Of a stretch of 42,697 nucleotides of DNA, positions 8,291-15,890 are shown piece after piece. The stretch is taken from assembly GCA_002437575.1 (NCBI GenBank), contig DJQK01000097.1, positions 1 to 42,697 on the forward strand, read 5' to 3'. The stretch is from Clostridiales bacterium UBA6388. Lineage in GTDB: Bacteria; Bacillota; Clostridia; Oscillospirales; Oscillospiraceae. Both the position numbers and the translations under genes were made by a program. Under the pieces are notes generated by a model. It worked only from the letters and a program-made list of their open reading frames with translations. It did not search any database and had not been told where the DNA came from. Within the stretch, counting starts at the first letter, position 1. Each line of letters opens with the position of its first letter.

Positions 8291-9728
8291 ACTGCGCGTA
8301 GCCGCTGCTTATATTCGCGTTTCAACCGATGATCAAATGGAACTCTCCCCTGATTCTCAGCTTGTTAAGATACGCGAATATGCTGCAAAAAACAATCTCC
8401 TGCTCCTTCCGCAGTACATTTTCCACGACGACGGTATATCCGGCCGCGCTGCCGAAAAGCGCCCAGGCTTTCAGCAAATGATTGCTGCAGCAAAAGACGC
8501 TTCTCATCCGTTTGACGTGATCGTCGTCTGGAAATTCTCTCGCTTCGCCCGCAACCAGGAAGAATCGATTTTCTATAAATCTATTCTTCGCTCAAAGTGC
8601 AAAGTTGATGTCTTGTCCGTCTCTGAGCCTTTGATTGCAGGTCCATTTGGTAGTCTAATCGAGCGCATTATAGAATGGATGGATGAATTCTATTCCGTTC
8701 GGCTATCTGAGGAAGTTAAGCGTTCCATGACCGTCAATGCCAAGAAGGGAAATCTGCAATCCAACCCTTCGTTTGGTTATAAAGTCGAAGATCACACGCT
8801 TGTCATTGTCCCAGAAGAGGCAGAAATCGTCCGAGAGATCTTCCGTCGCTTTATTGCCGGTGAAGCCATGTATGCGCTTTCCCAGTCCATTAATGCGCGC
8901 GGCATTCGGACGCACCGCGGCAACCCATTTGAAAACCGAACAGTTGATTACATTTTGAATAACCCCGTTTACATCGGAAAGCTTCGCTGGACACCAACAG
9001 GCAGAACTCACCGCGATTTCCGGAACGCCGATAGTATCATTGCAGACGCTTCGCATTCCCCCATCATCGACATACCGACATGGGAGGCGGCACAGGCTCG
9101 CATACTGGAATTAAAAAAAGCCTATAAATGGCATAGCAAACCTGCCAGCGGCAGGAAACACTGGCTTTGTGGAATCGTTCGTTGCCCTACTTGCGGGAGC
9201 ACGCTTGCTTTCACTGCTCCACACTATATGCAGTGCAATGGTCGCCTGCACGGCAAATGCACAACCTCTCAGCATATTTCCATCGATCTTCTTGAGGAGG
9301 CGTTTGTGCAGCAGCTTCAGCACGATCTCACATTTTCCGATTCTGTTTCCTGTACCGTCCAAAGGGTGTCCTCTCCAGATGCAGCAAAAGATCTCCGGCA
9401 GCGTCGCGCCCGCCTCGCCTCCCGCCTTGATCGCCTCCGCGACGCATATCTTGATGGCGTTGAAACGCTTTCCGGCTATAAGGCTGCCCGTCAGCAGCTT
9501 CAGGAGCAGATCGAGGCCGTTGATGATGATATCAAAAAGGCCGACGCTGCGTCTCCAAAAGACACAGCATCCGCCTTGCGAGACGCCATAGCATCAACGC
9601 TCGAAACTCTGCAATCCCCAGACGCCACCATTGCGCAAAAGTACGAAGCTGCACAGCGGATCATCGAAAAATGCTTCTTTGACAAGACTCAGATGCTTCT
9701 AACCATCTACTACCAACTCACTTTTTAA
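8283..9728 (+). CDS. int: Large serine recombinase (phage integrase)
   Basis: AAAYIRVSTDDQ catalytic motif, WKFSRFARN, recombinase domain (NPVYIG), Zn ribbon CPTCG and coiled coil; AAGGAGG RBS. Confidence 0.95.
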   Translation: MPELRVAAAYIRVSTDDQMELSPDSQLVKIREYAAKNNLLLLPQYIFHDDGISGRAAEKRPGFQQMIAAAKDASHPFDVIVVWKFSRFARNQEESIFYKSILRSKCKVDVLSVSEPLIAGPFGSLIERIIEWMDEFYSVRLSEEVKRSMTVNAKKGNLQSNPSFGYKVEDHTLVIVPEEAEIVREIFRRFIAGEAMYALSQSINARGIRTHRGNPFENRTVDYILNNPVYIGKLRWTPTGRTHRDFRNADSIIADASHSPIIDIPTWEAAQARILELKKAYKWHSKPASGRKHWLCGIVRCPTCGSTLAFTAPHYMQCNGRLHGKCTTSQHISIDLLEEAFVQQLQHDLTFSDSVSCTVQRVSSPDAAKDLRQRRARLASRLDRLRDAYLDGVETLSGYKAARQQLQEQIEAVDDDIKKADAASPKDTASALRDAIASTLETLQSPDATIAQKYEAAQRIIEKCFFDKTQMLLTIYYQLTF

Positions 9729-9739
9729 TTTACCCATTG

Positions 9740-9785
9740 TTGTAGCATAATGGAGTATGGTGGGCCATACTCCATTATGCTACAA
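9740..9785. other. Putative attP site
   Basis: Perfect 21-bp inverted repeat TTGTAGCATAATGGAGTATGG-tggg-CCATACTCCATTATGCTACAA, 11 bp after the integrase stop; its size suits serine-integrase att sites. Confidence 0.75.
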
Positions 9786-9823
9786 TATTTTGTCCGGACA
9801 CAGCGACTCTTTGCTCCGTGATG

Positions 9824-10192
9824 TCACGCGCTTTGCACTTTTCGCAGCACTGAATCGTACACTCTATGGTTTACGAGCGATAGCGTGTCCATCAATTCGT
9901 CCATGATCGGCCAGATGCGTGCCGGATCCTTCCCTTCTATGGCGTGCAGAAAGTCGCTGTCGCCGTAGCTGCCAACCTTCTGTATGATTGCATTTTGCGG
10001 AGCAGCTGTCTGCACTGCGGGCGCGCGGTCGCCGGAATATGCTTGCATGCGCATACTCCGGTTTCCCTGCTCGTCTTCCTGCATCTGCTTGCGAATCGTG
10101 TACAGATCTGCAAGCATTGCATAATTGTGATAGCTGGATTCCTCGTATTCCAGCCGTGCTATCTCCTTGCGGATCTCGGCTTTATCCAGCAT
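9824..10192 (-). CDS. Hypothetical helical protein, last gene of the post-lysis cassette
   Basis: 122 aa with an AAGGAGG RBS. Confidence 0.8.
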   Translation of the reverse strand: MLDKAEIRKEIARLEYEESSYHNYAMLADLYTIRKQMQEDEQGNRSMRMQAYSGDRAPAVQTAAPQNAIIQKVGSYGDSDFLHAIEGKDPARIWPIMDELMDTLSLVNHRVYDSVLRKVQSA

Positions 10193-10203
10193 ATCGCGCC
10201 TCC

Positions 10204-10575
10204 TTATGCCCGCTCGATCTGCTCCATGCAGCGACGAATCGCGTCGCGGGTCTTGTCGTCGTCTGCGTCGCGCATCATATCCTCCAGCTGCGCGCGCATA
10301 TGCTCACGAGCATCTGTGCGGCTGTAGCGGCCCATTGCGTCACGGTGACGGCCACGATACGAACTTCCGCGCCCGTATGTGCCGCGCATGTCCGCTTCCC
10401 ACTCGCCGTCTCGTGAGTATCCGCCATCCTCAAGCATCTCGATTTTGTAGGTGTTCTTGATCGTGCTGGTCAGCTTCTGCACCGCATCGAGGTCGCCTGC
10501 GGACATTTCGCGTTTCTCGGCGATCTCGTCCAGTTCCTTGCAGAGCATTTCCCGGAGATTTCTCAGATCGTACAT
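10204..10575 (-). CDS. Hypothetical protein with Arg/Gly/Tyr-rich linker
   Basis: 123 aa, AAAGGAGG RBS, helical ends flanking GTYGRGSSYRGRHRDAMGRYSR. Confidence 0.8.
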   Translation of the reverse strand: MYDLRNLREMLCKELDEIAEKREMSAGDLDAVQKLTSTIKNTYKIEMLEDGGYSRDGEWEADMRGTYGRGSSYRGRHRDAMGRYSRTDAREHMRAQLEDMMRDADDDKTRDAIRRCMEQIERA

Positions 10576-10589
10576 ATCGCTTCCTCCTT

Positions 10590-11012
10590 TCAGGCCACAC
10601 GCTCGACGGTTAGGTTGCTATTCGCAAAATTAACCGCCTGTGCGTTCGTGTTCCGCATGCCCACCGTCAGGCAGCAGCCCTTCGGCACGCTCACCTGTGC
10701 AGAGACATAGATATTAAAATAATTCTCGACTTCCGCCGGTGTGACGATCGCCGTTGCGCTTGCAAGCGCTTCACCGTTGATTGCAAGCGCAGCCGTGATT
10801 GCCTCGACTGTACCGCCGGTCGGAATGGCTATGTTGCCGCCATAAGAGACCTTGTAGAGTGCTCTGCACTGGTTGGTCAGTCCGCGGAGTGTGACCTGTC
10901 CGCTCCCTTCGCGGTGCACAATGCACGGTTTGCTGTTGACTGCCGTTTCTGTCAGTGGGACATTCTGCCCGGCAGCGACGCTGGCGATGTTGGAATTTGT
11001 AAACTCAGCCAA
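10590..11012 (-). CDS. All-beta protein, BclA C-terminal/C1q-like
   Basis: About 140 aa with alternating beta pattern (GQVTLRG, YKVSYGGNI, LAINGEALASA, NSNLTVERVA). The fold call is by pattern only, and the TTG start is uncertain. Confidence 0.6.
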   Translation of the reverse strand: MAEFTNSNIASVAAGQNVPLTETAVNSKPCIVHREGSGQVTLRGLTNQCRALYKVSYGGNIAIPTGGTVEAITAALAINGEALASATAIVTPAEVENYFNIYVSAQVSVPKGCCLTVGMRNTNAQAVNFANSNLTVERVA

Positions 11013-11229
11013 TCCCAAACACCCCTCTTCCCGCCTTTGCTTCCTTGCAGAGATTCACCAGCGGTGCGATTGCCGCTGTCATTGTTTCTTCTGGACCCGG
11101 CTGCTCCATTTCATCCACCGTTTTCAGAATGCAGGCATATGTATAAAGATCCGTCACGTTCATCTTGTACAGATCTACGCCCACCAGGTGATCAATGAAT
11201 TTCTGTTTGATATCCTTGTATGTTGCCAT
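11005..11229 (-). CDS. Hypothetical protein (74 aa)
   Basis: MATYKDIKQKF..., GAAAGGA RBS, overlapping the next gene. Confidence 0.6.
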   Translation of the reverse strand: MATYKDIKQKFIDHLVGVDLYKMNVTDLYTYACILKTVDEMEQPGPEETMTAAIAPLVNLCKEAKAGRGVFGIG

Positions 11230-11352
11230 GAGATCATTCCTTTCATAAAAGTACAGCGGCGGAGCGATTGCCCCGCCGCGTTGTCGTTGAATATCGGCAA
11301 TGGGGCCGACCATTTTCGTGAGGTCACGAAAAAGTTCTACGGTATGGAGTTG

Positions 11353-12153
11353 TTACGCAGCGCAGCCGCCACAGCCGTAGTTATAGCCGCTGTTGCAGCC
11401 TGCGTACTGGTACGGAGCCGGAACTGCGAAGGACGGGACCGGGCGCGGGTTGTAATACGCCAGCTGCCCGCTCATGTAGGACTTGAGCGTATCATTCTGC
11501 GCAGCCTGGGACGCTGCCAGCTGGTAGCCGAAGATCTGCTGGTTCTGTTCGGCGATCTTGGCATCCTTCGCGGCGAGTTCCTGCGCCGTCAGACGCTGGT
11601 CAATGCTGCGGAAGCCGCAGTTCATCGCGTCGATGATGTCGCGAGTCGTGTTCTGCACGGTGTTGCGGGTGTCGCACGCCTGCGTCGCCATGTCATAGCG
11701 CACCTGGGCGATTGCAGCGCGGTTTTCGCAGCAGCACTCCTGCGCCTGCATCGCCATGGCGTTTAGCTGCTGCATAAGCGCAGCCTGCTGATTGCAGCGG
11801 GAAAGTTCTGCCTGCGAGAAGCCGCTGGTCACGGCCTGCGTTACGCCGGAGAAGCCGTTGAGCATGCCGGTGTTCATGGCGTAGAAACCATCGCAGATTC
11901 CGTTGTTCACGCCGTCCAGCTTGCGCTCGATGTTGGCGAAATCGGACGTCAGCACATAGCCATCCACAACGCCTGCGCCGCCGCTGCGGTTTCCGAAGCC
12001 GTTTCCGTTGCCGCCCCAGCCGCAGAAGATGGCGAGGAACAGGATGATGATCCACCAGCCATTGTCGCCACCGAAGCCGCCCCAGCCGCCGCCTGCCATG
12101 CCGGTAGGCGCGACGGGCATCGTCATGGTCGGGGAGCCGTCATTCAAACTCAT
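11353..12153 (-). CDS. Gly-rich/hydrophobic N-terminus, long coiled coil, Cys-rich protein
   Basis: GGGWGGFGGDNGWWIIILFLAIFCGWGG, then heptads with ECCCE, ending GCNSGYNYGCGGCAA. Confidence 0.85.
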   Translation of the reverse strand: MSLNDGSPTMTMPVAPTGMAGGGWGGFGGDNGWWIIILFLAIFCGWGGNGNGFGNRSGGAGVVDGYVLTSDFANIERKLDGVNNGICDGFYAMNTGMLNGFSGVTQAVTSGFSQAELSRCNQQAALMQQLNAMAMQAQECCCENRAAIAQVRYDMATQACDTRNTVQNTTRDIIDAMNCGFRSIDQRLTAQELAAKDAKIAEQNQQIFGYQLAASQAAQNDTLKSYMSGQLAYYNPRPVPSFAVPAPYQYAGCNSGYNYGCGGCAA

Positions 12154-12217
12154 TTTTTCATTTCCTTTCGTAGATTCAAAAATTTATCTCAATCGTGGCC
12201 ACGAGTTGAAATCTGAT

Positions 12218-12436
12218 TTATCCAAGCAACTGCCGGAATATCCCCGCCGCCTGCTGAAGCTGGTTCAACTGCTGCTGCGAGATTTTCCCGCTCTGCACAA
12301 GCTTTTCAACCTCCGCTTTGGGGTCCCCCTGAAAACTCTGCTGGAACTGCTGGAACTGCTGTACTATATTTTGAAACTGCCCCATCTGGCCGGGCATCTG
12401 CCCGCCGCCGAGAGCATTAAACAGTGGATTCGCCAT
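12218..12436 (-). CDS. Small Gln-rich protein
   Basis: MANPLFNALGGGQM...GDPKAEVEKLVQSGKISQQQLNQLQQ, AAGGAGG RBS. Confidence 0.8.
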   Translation of the reverse strand: MANPLFNALGGGQMPGQMGQFQNIVQQFQQFQQSFQGDPKAEVEKLVQSGKISQQQLNQLQQAAGIFRQLLG

Positions 12437-12896
12437 TGATTTCAGCCTCCTTTGCTTTTCTCGCCGGTCTGACGCTCGGAGCCGTCAGCTTGGCCACCAG
12501 TTCGTTGAACTCCCTGCGGGTCACATATTCCTCGCTCATGTCTTTTCGCGGCGCTGCGGGCGCTGGTGCGGCCTGTGCGCGCTCCACGAGATCGTAGGTC
12601 GTCATGGTTGGCTTGCCGCTTGCGTCGGCTTTTTTGACGTACACGACTGGGGCGTTCATATCCCAGAGTGTAACGGCGTTGTTTGGCGCAACTATAAAGT
12701 CATTTGCCGCCTGCTCGTTCGGGACCCAGATGATCGACTGATTCTGCGGTTGCTGTGGCTGTGGCTGATAAGCCGGCATCTGCGGAGCAGGCTGATACTG
12801 CGGACGCATTTGCATCTGCGGCTCCTGCATCGGCAGCATTGGCGGCTGATTGTAAATCGGCTGTTGGTACACAAACGGCTGTTGTCCGAACATCAT
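12417..12896 (-). CDS. Gln/Pro-rich N-terminus plus small globular domain
   Basis: Low-complexity QP region, then IIWVPNEQAANDFIVAPNNAVTLWD...YVKKADASG...EYVTRREF. Confidence 0.8.
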   Translation of the reverse strand: MMFGQQPFVYQQPIYNQPPMLPMQEPQMQMRPQYQPAPQMPAYQPQPQQPQNQSIIWVPNEQAANDFIVAPNNAVTLWDMNAPVVYVKKADASGKPTMTTYDLVERAQAAPAPAAPRKDMSEEYVTRREFNELVAKLTAPSVRPARKAKEAEINGESTV

Positions 12897-13276
12897 TTAT
12901 CCTCCTTTGCCCAGTAAAACAGCGGAATCTCATTTCCACTATTCCATGTATCAAAATAGCTTCCATCCTGCACGCATACGACGTGGCTTGATAGCGCCAG
13001 CACATACACGCCTTTCGGATGCTCCGCGCAGAATTCTGCGACGGTGTAGCAGTCCGGGCAGGTGTTCGGGATCACGCTCCGGGTAAAGCCTTGCTTCCGG
13101 AGGTATGCACCCCACACGCTGTTTGCGCTTGGCAAATCTCCCATGATCAGCCCTTGCAAGCATAGCCCGATATATACTTCATCCCAACGCTTCCCCGTCG
13201 CTTTTGCGATGGCCCGGACGGTGCAGTCGCCGACCTGCCGCCCGGCGGGGTTGGGATTGAAATAAGAAAAGCCCAT
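12893..13276 (-). CDS. Papain-fold (C39-like) cysteine peptidase
   Basis: Candidate Cys-His-Asp triad: GDCTVRAI ... SHVVCV ... YFDTW; GAAGGGGTG RBS. Confidence 0.65.
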   Translation of the reverse strand: MGFSYFNPNPAGRQVGDCTVRAIAKATGKRWDEVYIGLCLQGLIMGDLPSANSVWGAYLRKQGFTRSVIPNTCPDCYTVAEFCAEHPKGVYVLALSSHVVCVQDGSYFDTWNSGNEIPLFYWAKEDK

Positions 13277-13313
13277 ACTGAACACCCCTTCGATGTGTCC
13301 AGTATGGGCTTTT
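13267..13313. terminator. Long hairpin overlapping the peptidase RBS/start and a -10 element
   Basis: AAAAGCCCATACTGAACAC-9nt-GTGTCCAGTATGGGCTTTT; 18/19 paired, with the mismatch a G-U pair on the minus strand and U-tracts in both directions. Confidence 0.75.
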
Positions 13314-13327
13314 TTCTGTTTTGATGT

Positions 13328-13365
13328 GCCTCAGTTGTGCATCATGTTCGCATCACTTTTGCTCA
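13328..13365. promoter_or_regulatory. Four direct repeats in 11-bp phase (candidate regulator sites)
   Basis: GCCTCA 13328, GCATCA 13339, GCATCA 13350, GCTCA 13361. Confidence 0.6.
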
Positions 13366-13611
13366 GTTTGGGAGACTTCCGGACGCGGCCTTCATCCGCG
13401 CCATGATCTCCGGCAGGCGGCGCTGGACCGTGGCGCGGCCCAAGAATAATTCCGTTGCAACGTCCACCTGCGGAAGCTTATCCACGAAATACAGTTGTGC
13501 GATCTTCTCATTCTCGCGGCCGAGATTGGCCTGATAGATCACAGTCTCCATATCCTTGCGGGTCAGGCGGCCCAGTTCCGGCGGCAGCTTGGCTCTCGCC
13601 TGCGGTGCCAT
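13363..13611 (-). CDS. Small sigma-region-4-like HTH regulator
   Basis: IAQLYFVDKLPQVDVATELFLGRATVQRRL HTH; AAGGAGG RBS; follows the endolysin. Confidence 0.75.
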   Translation of the reverse strand: MAPQARAKLPPELGRLTRKDMETVIYQANLGRENEKIAQLYFVDKLPQVDVATELFLGRATVQRRLPEIMARMKAASGSLPN

Positions 13612-13624
13612 TGCCTCCGCCTCC

Positions 13625-14323
13625 TTACTTCATCGCCGCAGCCAGCTTTTTCAGCAGGTCGTCGCCGTATTTATAATCAGCAAGATATTTGATCGTGCTG
13701 TCTGCCAGCCCGGCTTTCGCCTTGATGGTTTCTTTGGCTGCCTCGACGGCCTTGTCGGCGGTTTCCGTGTCGTAGTCGATCCACGGGAGCTTCCCGTGCT
13801 TCTCCCATCTGCGGGCGTTGTACCCGCTCTTGGGGCCGATGTTCAGAACGGCGGTGATCTGCGCGCCGTTCTTCCAGGCAGGCGTACACTCGACCGCGAG
13901 GCCGTCGCCGATGTACAGGCCCCAGTGGCCCGGCATCCAGAGGCCCTCACCGGGAATCAGCTTATCCCATCCAGACGCGGAAACGTCCTTGCACTTCGCG
14001 ATCATGCCGTCGGCGGAGACGTCCGGGACGGCGTTGCCTGCGTAGCGCGCGCCGCCGTGGTAGGCAGTTTTATCGCCCTTCCAGCCCCACAGAATGCCCT
14101 TTGTGAGGTTCACACAGTCAAACGCGAAATAGCCCTTTCCGATCAGCGCGCGGAGGGTCGCCTGCTTCGCCGCGCCGTACCAGTCCGGATACTGATTCGC
14201 CTTTTCCGTAATAATGCCGTTCGTCACGGGTGAGCCGAAGCAGCCCCACATGTACACGGTTTTATAGTTTTCCGCGACGTCCACATGCCGCTTGACGAGT
14301 TCGGAGGCTTTCATGATGCTCAT
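13625..14323 (-). CDS. Endolysin, NlpC/P60-type peptidoglycan hydrolase
   Basis: YMWG, FDCVNL (Cys) and GHWGLYIGDG (His) motifs; directly after the holin. Confidence 0.85.
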   Translation of the reverse strand: MSIMKASELVKRHVDVAENYKTVYMWGCFGSPVTNGIITEKANQYPDWYGAAKQATLRALIGKGYFAFDCVNLTKGILWGWKGDKTAYHGGARYAGNAVPDVSADGMIAKCKDVSASGWDKLIPGEGLWMPGHWGLYIGDGLAVECTPAWKNGAQITAVLNIGPKSGYNARRWEKHGKLPWIDYDTETADKAVEAAKETIKAKAGLADSTIKYLADYKYGDDLLKKLAAAMK

Positions 14324-14547
14324 TTCTGTGCATCCTCCTGCGGTTTGCTTGCCGCGTCAATGGCGTCCTGCGACTTCTGCGATTGTGTCCCGAAGTAGAA
14401 AGTAATGACCGTCAGGAAGATCGTGAGGAAGTCCTTGCCGGTAATATCGCCGCGCAGGGCGAGGACAGCGAAGATGATCGTCAGGCCGAGCGTGACGATG
14501 GACTTGACGCTCAGCAGATTTCCGAGGCGCTTGATGATGTTTTCCAT
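14320..14547 (-). CDS. Holin (2 TM)
   Basis: 75 aa with two TMs and TFYFGTQ; overlaps the endolysin start. Confidence 0.8.
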   Translation of the reverse strand: MENIIKRLGNLLSVKSIVTLGLTIIFAVLALRGDITGKDFLTIFLTVITFYFGTQSQKSQDAIDAASKPQEDAQK

Positions 14548-14549
14548 GA

Positions 14550-14819
14550 TTATTCCTCCACTTTGATTGCGCGGTTCTCAAACTTCTTGTAAGCATCGAG
14601 ATAGATTTCCTGCTTGTCGCCGTTGAGCGTCAGTTCATAGTACATCCCGTCAAGCAGCGTCGTGGACGCAAGTGCTTTCCAGTTCTGGAGCGTCTTGCAG
14701 TACCATACGACATAGACGTCATCAGCCGTGATCTGTTTGCCGTCGCTCTTGTCGAGATGCTCGTTGGTGTAATCTGCAACCAGATTTTTCACCAGTTCAA
14801 AGAATTTCTTTTCGTTCAT
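14550..14819 (-). CDS. DUF6275-like phage protein
   Basis: VYVVWYCKTLQNWKALAST...DGMYYELTLNGDKQEIYLDAYKKFEN signature. Confidence 0.75.
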   Translation of the reverse strand: MNEKKFFELVKNLVADYTNEHLDKSDGKQITADDVYVVWYCKTLQNWKALASTTLLDGMYYELTLNGDKQEIYLDAYKKFENRAIKVEE

Positions 14820-14834
14820 AAGTAACCCCTTTTG

Positions 14835-15074
14835 TTATTCAACCGGATCGTTTTTCTTTGCAAATACGCGCTTGAAGGCCAGCAGCAGGAGTTCCCCGCC
14901 GAAGGCCGCTGCGGCGAAGGTGAGCACGGCGGACAGATCGATATCGAGCGAAAACAGCACGGCGACCGTCTCCAGCGCGACGGCCCAGATCAGCGTCAGC
15001 GTCAGGGCCTTGATGCAGTAAACGACGATCGTGCGCGACATTTCGCCCTTCGTCCATTTGCTTTTCCCGCTCAT
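14835..15074 (-). CDS. Small 2-TM protein in the lysis module
   Basis: MSGKSKWTKGEM..., two hydrophobic segments, GGAGG RBS. Confidence 0.7.
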   Translation of the reverse strand: MSGKSKWTKGEMSRTIVVYCIKALTLTLIWAVALETVAVLFSLDIDLSAVLTFAAAAFGGELLLLAFKRVFAKKNDPVE

Positions 15075-15421
15075 TCCTCCGGCTTCGCCCCCTTCCCGCA
15101 CTGCGCCTCCAGCTGGTGCAGGAATTTTTTCACGTCGCCGTTCCCGCCCATCTTTTTATACTTCTCTCCGGCGATCAGACGCTCGGCCATTGGCATTTCC
15201 TCTGACATGATGGTCAGCCGGAGGATCGCCAGATACTGCTCGTCCTGATGCGTCTGCATCTTGTCGAGCTTTTTGTCGATCTCTGCAAGGTGCGCCTCCT
15301 GCGTCGTGGCCTTGCCGCGCTTTTTCTGTATCGCGCCGACGACGGCGTTGACAACCGCCGTCAGCGCGGACGAGCCGAGCACGGCGCAGACAAGCGTGAC
15401 GATGATGGTCTTAGTGTCCAT
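15071..15421 (-). CDS. Holin-like/accessory lysis membrane protein
   Basis: MDTKTIIVTLVCAVLGSSALTAVV TM, coiled coil, YKKMGGNG motif. Confidence 0.7.
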   Translation of the reverse strand: MDTKTIIVTLVCAVLGSSALTAVVNAVVGAIQKKRGKATTQEAHLAEIDKKLDKMQTHQDEQYLAILRLTIMSEEMPMAERLIAGEKYKKMGGNGDVKKFLHQLEAQCGKGAKPEE

Positions 15422-15452
15422 TTTTCTGTACCTTTCTCTTTTATTTGCCGGG

Positions 15453-15887
15453 CTAATCGTCCGCCATTTTGATATAGGTGGTGGTATCGCTGGAATAGCT
15501 GATCGTCGGCAGCGTCGTGCCGCCGAGGGCCGCGTAGAGGGCCGGGTAGGTTGTCCGCGAGAAGGTCGAGCCGTCGCAGGCGTGCCACGGGGCAGAGAGT
15601 ACGCGGACAGTTGTGAGGGTATCACCGACGTGATAGTTCGGCTCTGCCAGCTTCGCAAGCGCCTCGTTCACCATCGGGTCTGACGGCGCGTCTCCGGCAC
15701 GCCAGATCTCCGCAGCGGTCTGCGCGGTCAGCAGATTTTCTGCCGTGAGCGGTGTCCCTGCCTCCAGCGGTTCATCCTCTGGGCGAATCCATTCTTCTCT
15801 GGTCGCAGTCACACCCATGGAAACTCTGGTTACCGAATACTGCACCGCGCCGTTTTGCAGGACTTTAGTCGGCTTTCTATCCTTCAC
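15453..15887 (-). CDS. Short tail-collar-domain protein, paralogue of the upstream fibre
   Basis: WHACDGSTFSRTTYPALYAALG collar motif; the N-terminus matches 15891-17441. Confidence 0.75.
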   Translation of the reverse strand: MKDRKPTKVLQNGAVQYSVTRVSMGVTATREEWIRPEDEPLEAGTPLTAENLLTAQTAAEIWRAGDAPSDPMVNEALAKLAEPNYHVGDTLTTVRVLSAPWHACDGSTFSRTTYPALYAALGGTTLPTISYSSDTTTYIKMADD

Positions 15888-15890
15888 AGG

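Noticed and set aside
9824..13276. Firm annotation of the cassette as spore-coat genes
   Set aside because: Support is only compositional (Cys/Gln/Gly-rich, BclA-like fold guess) plus the inferred cotJC target. I recall similar proteins in phages of non-sporulating hosts, so it is kept only as a hypothesis.
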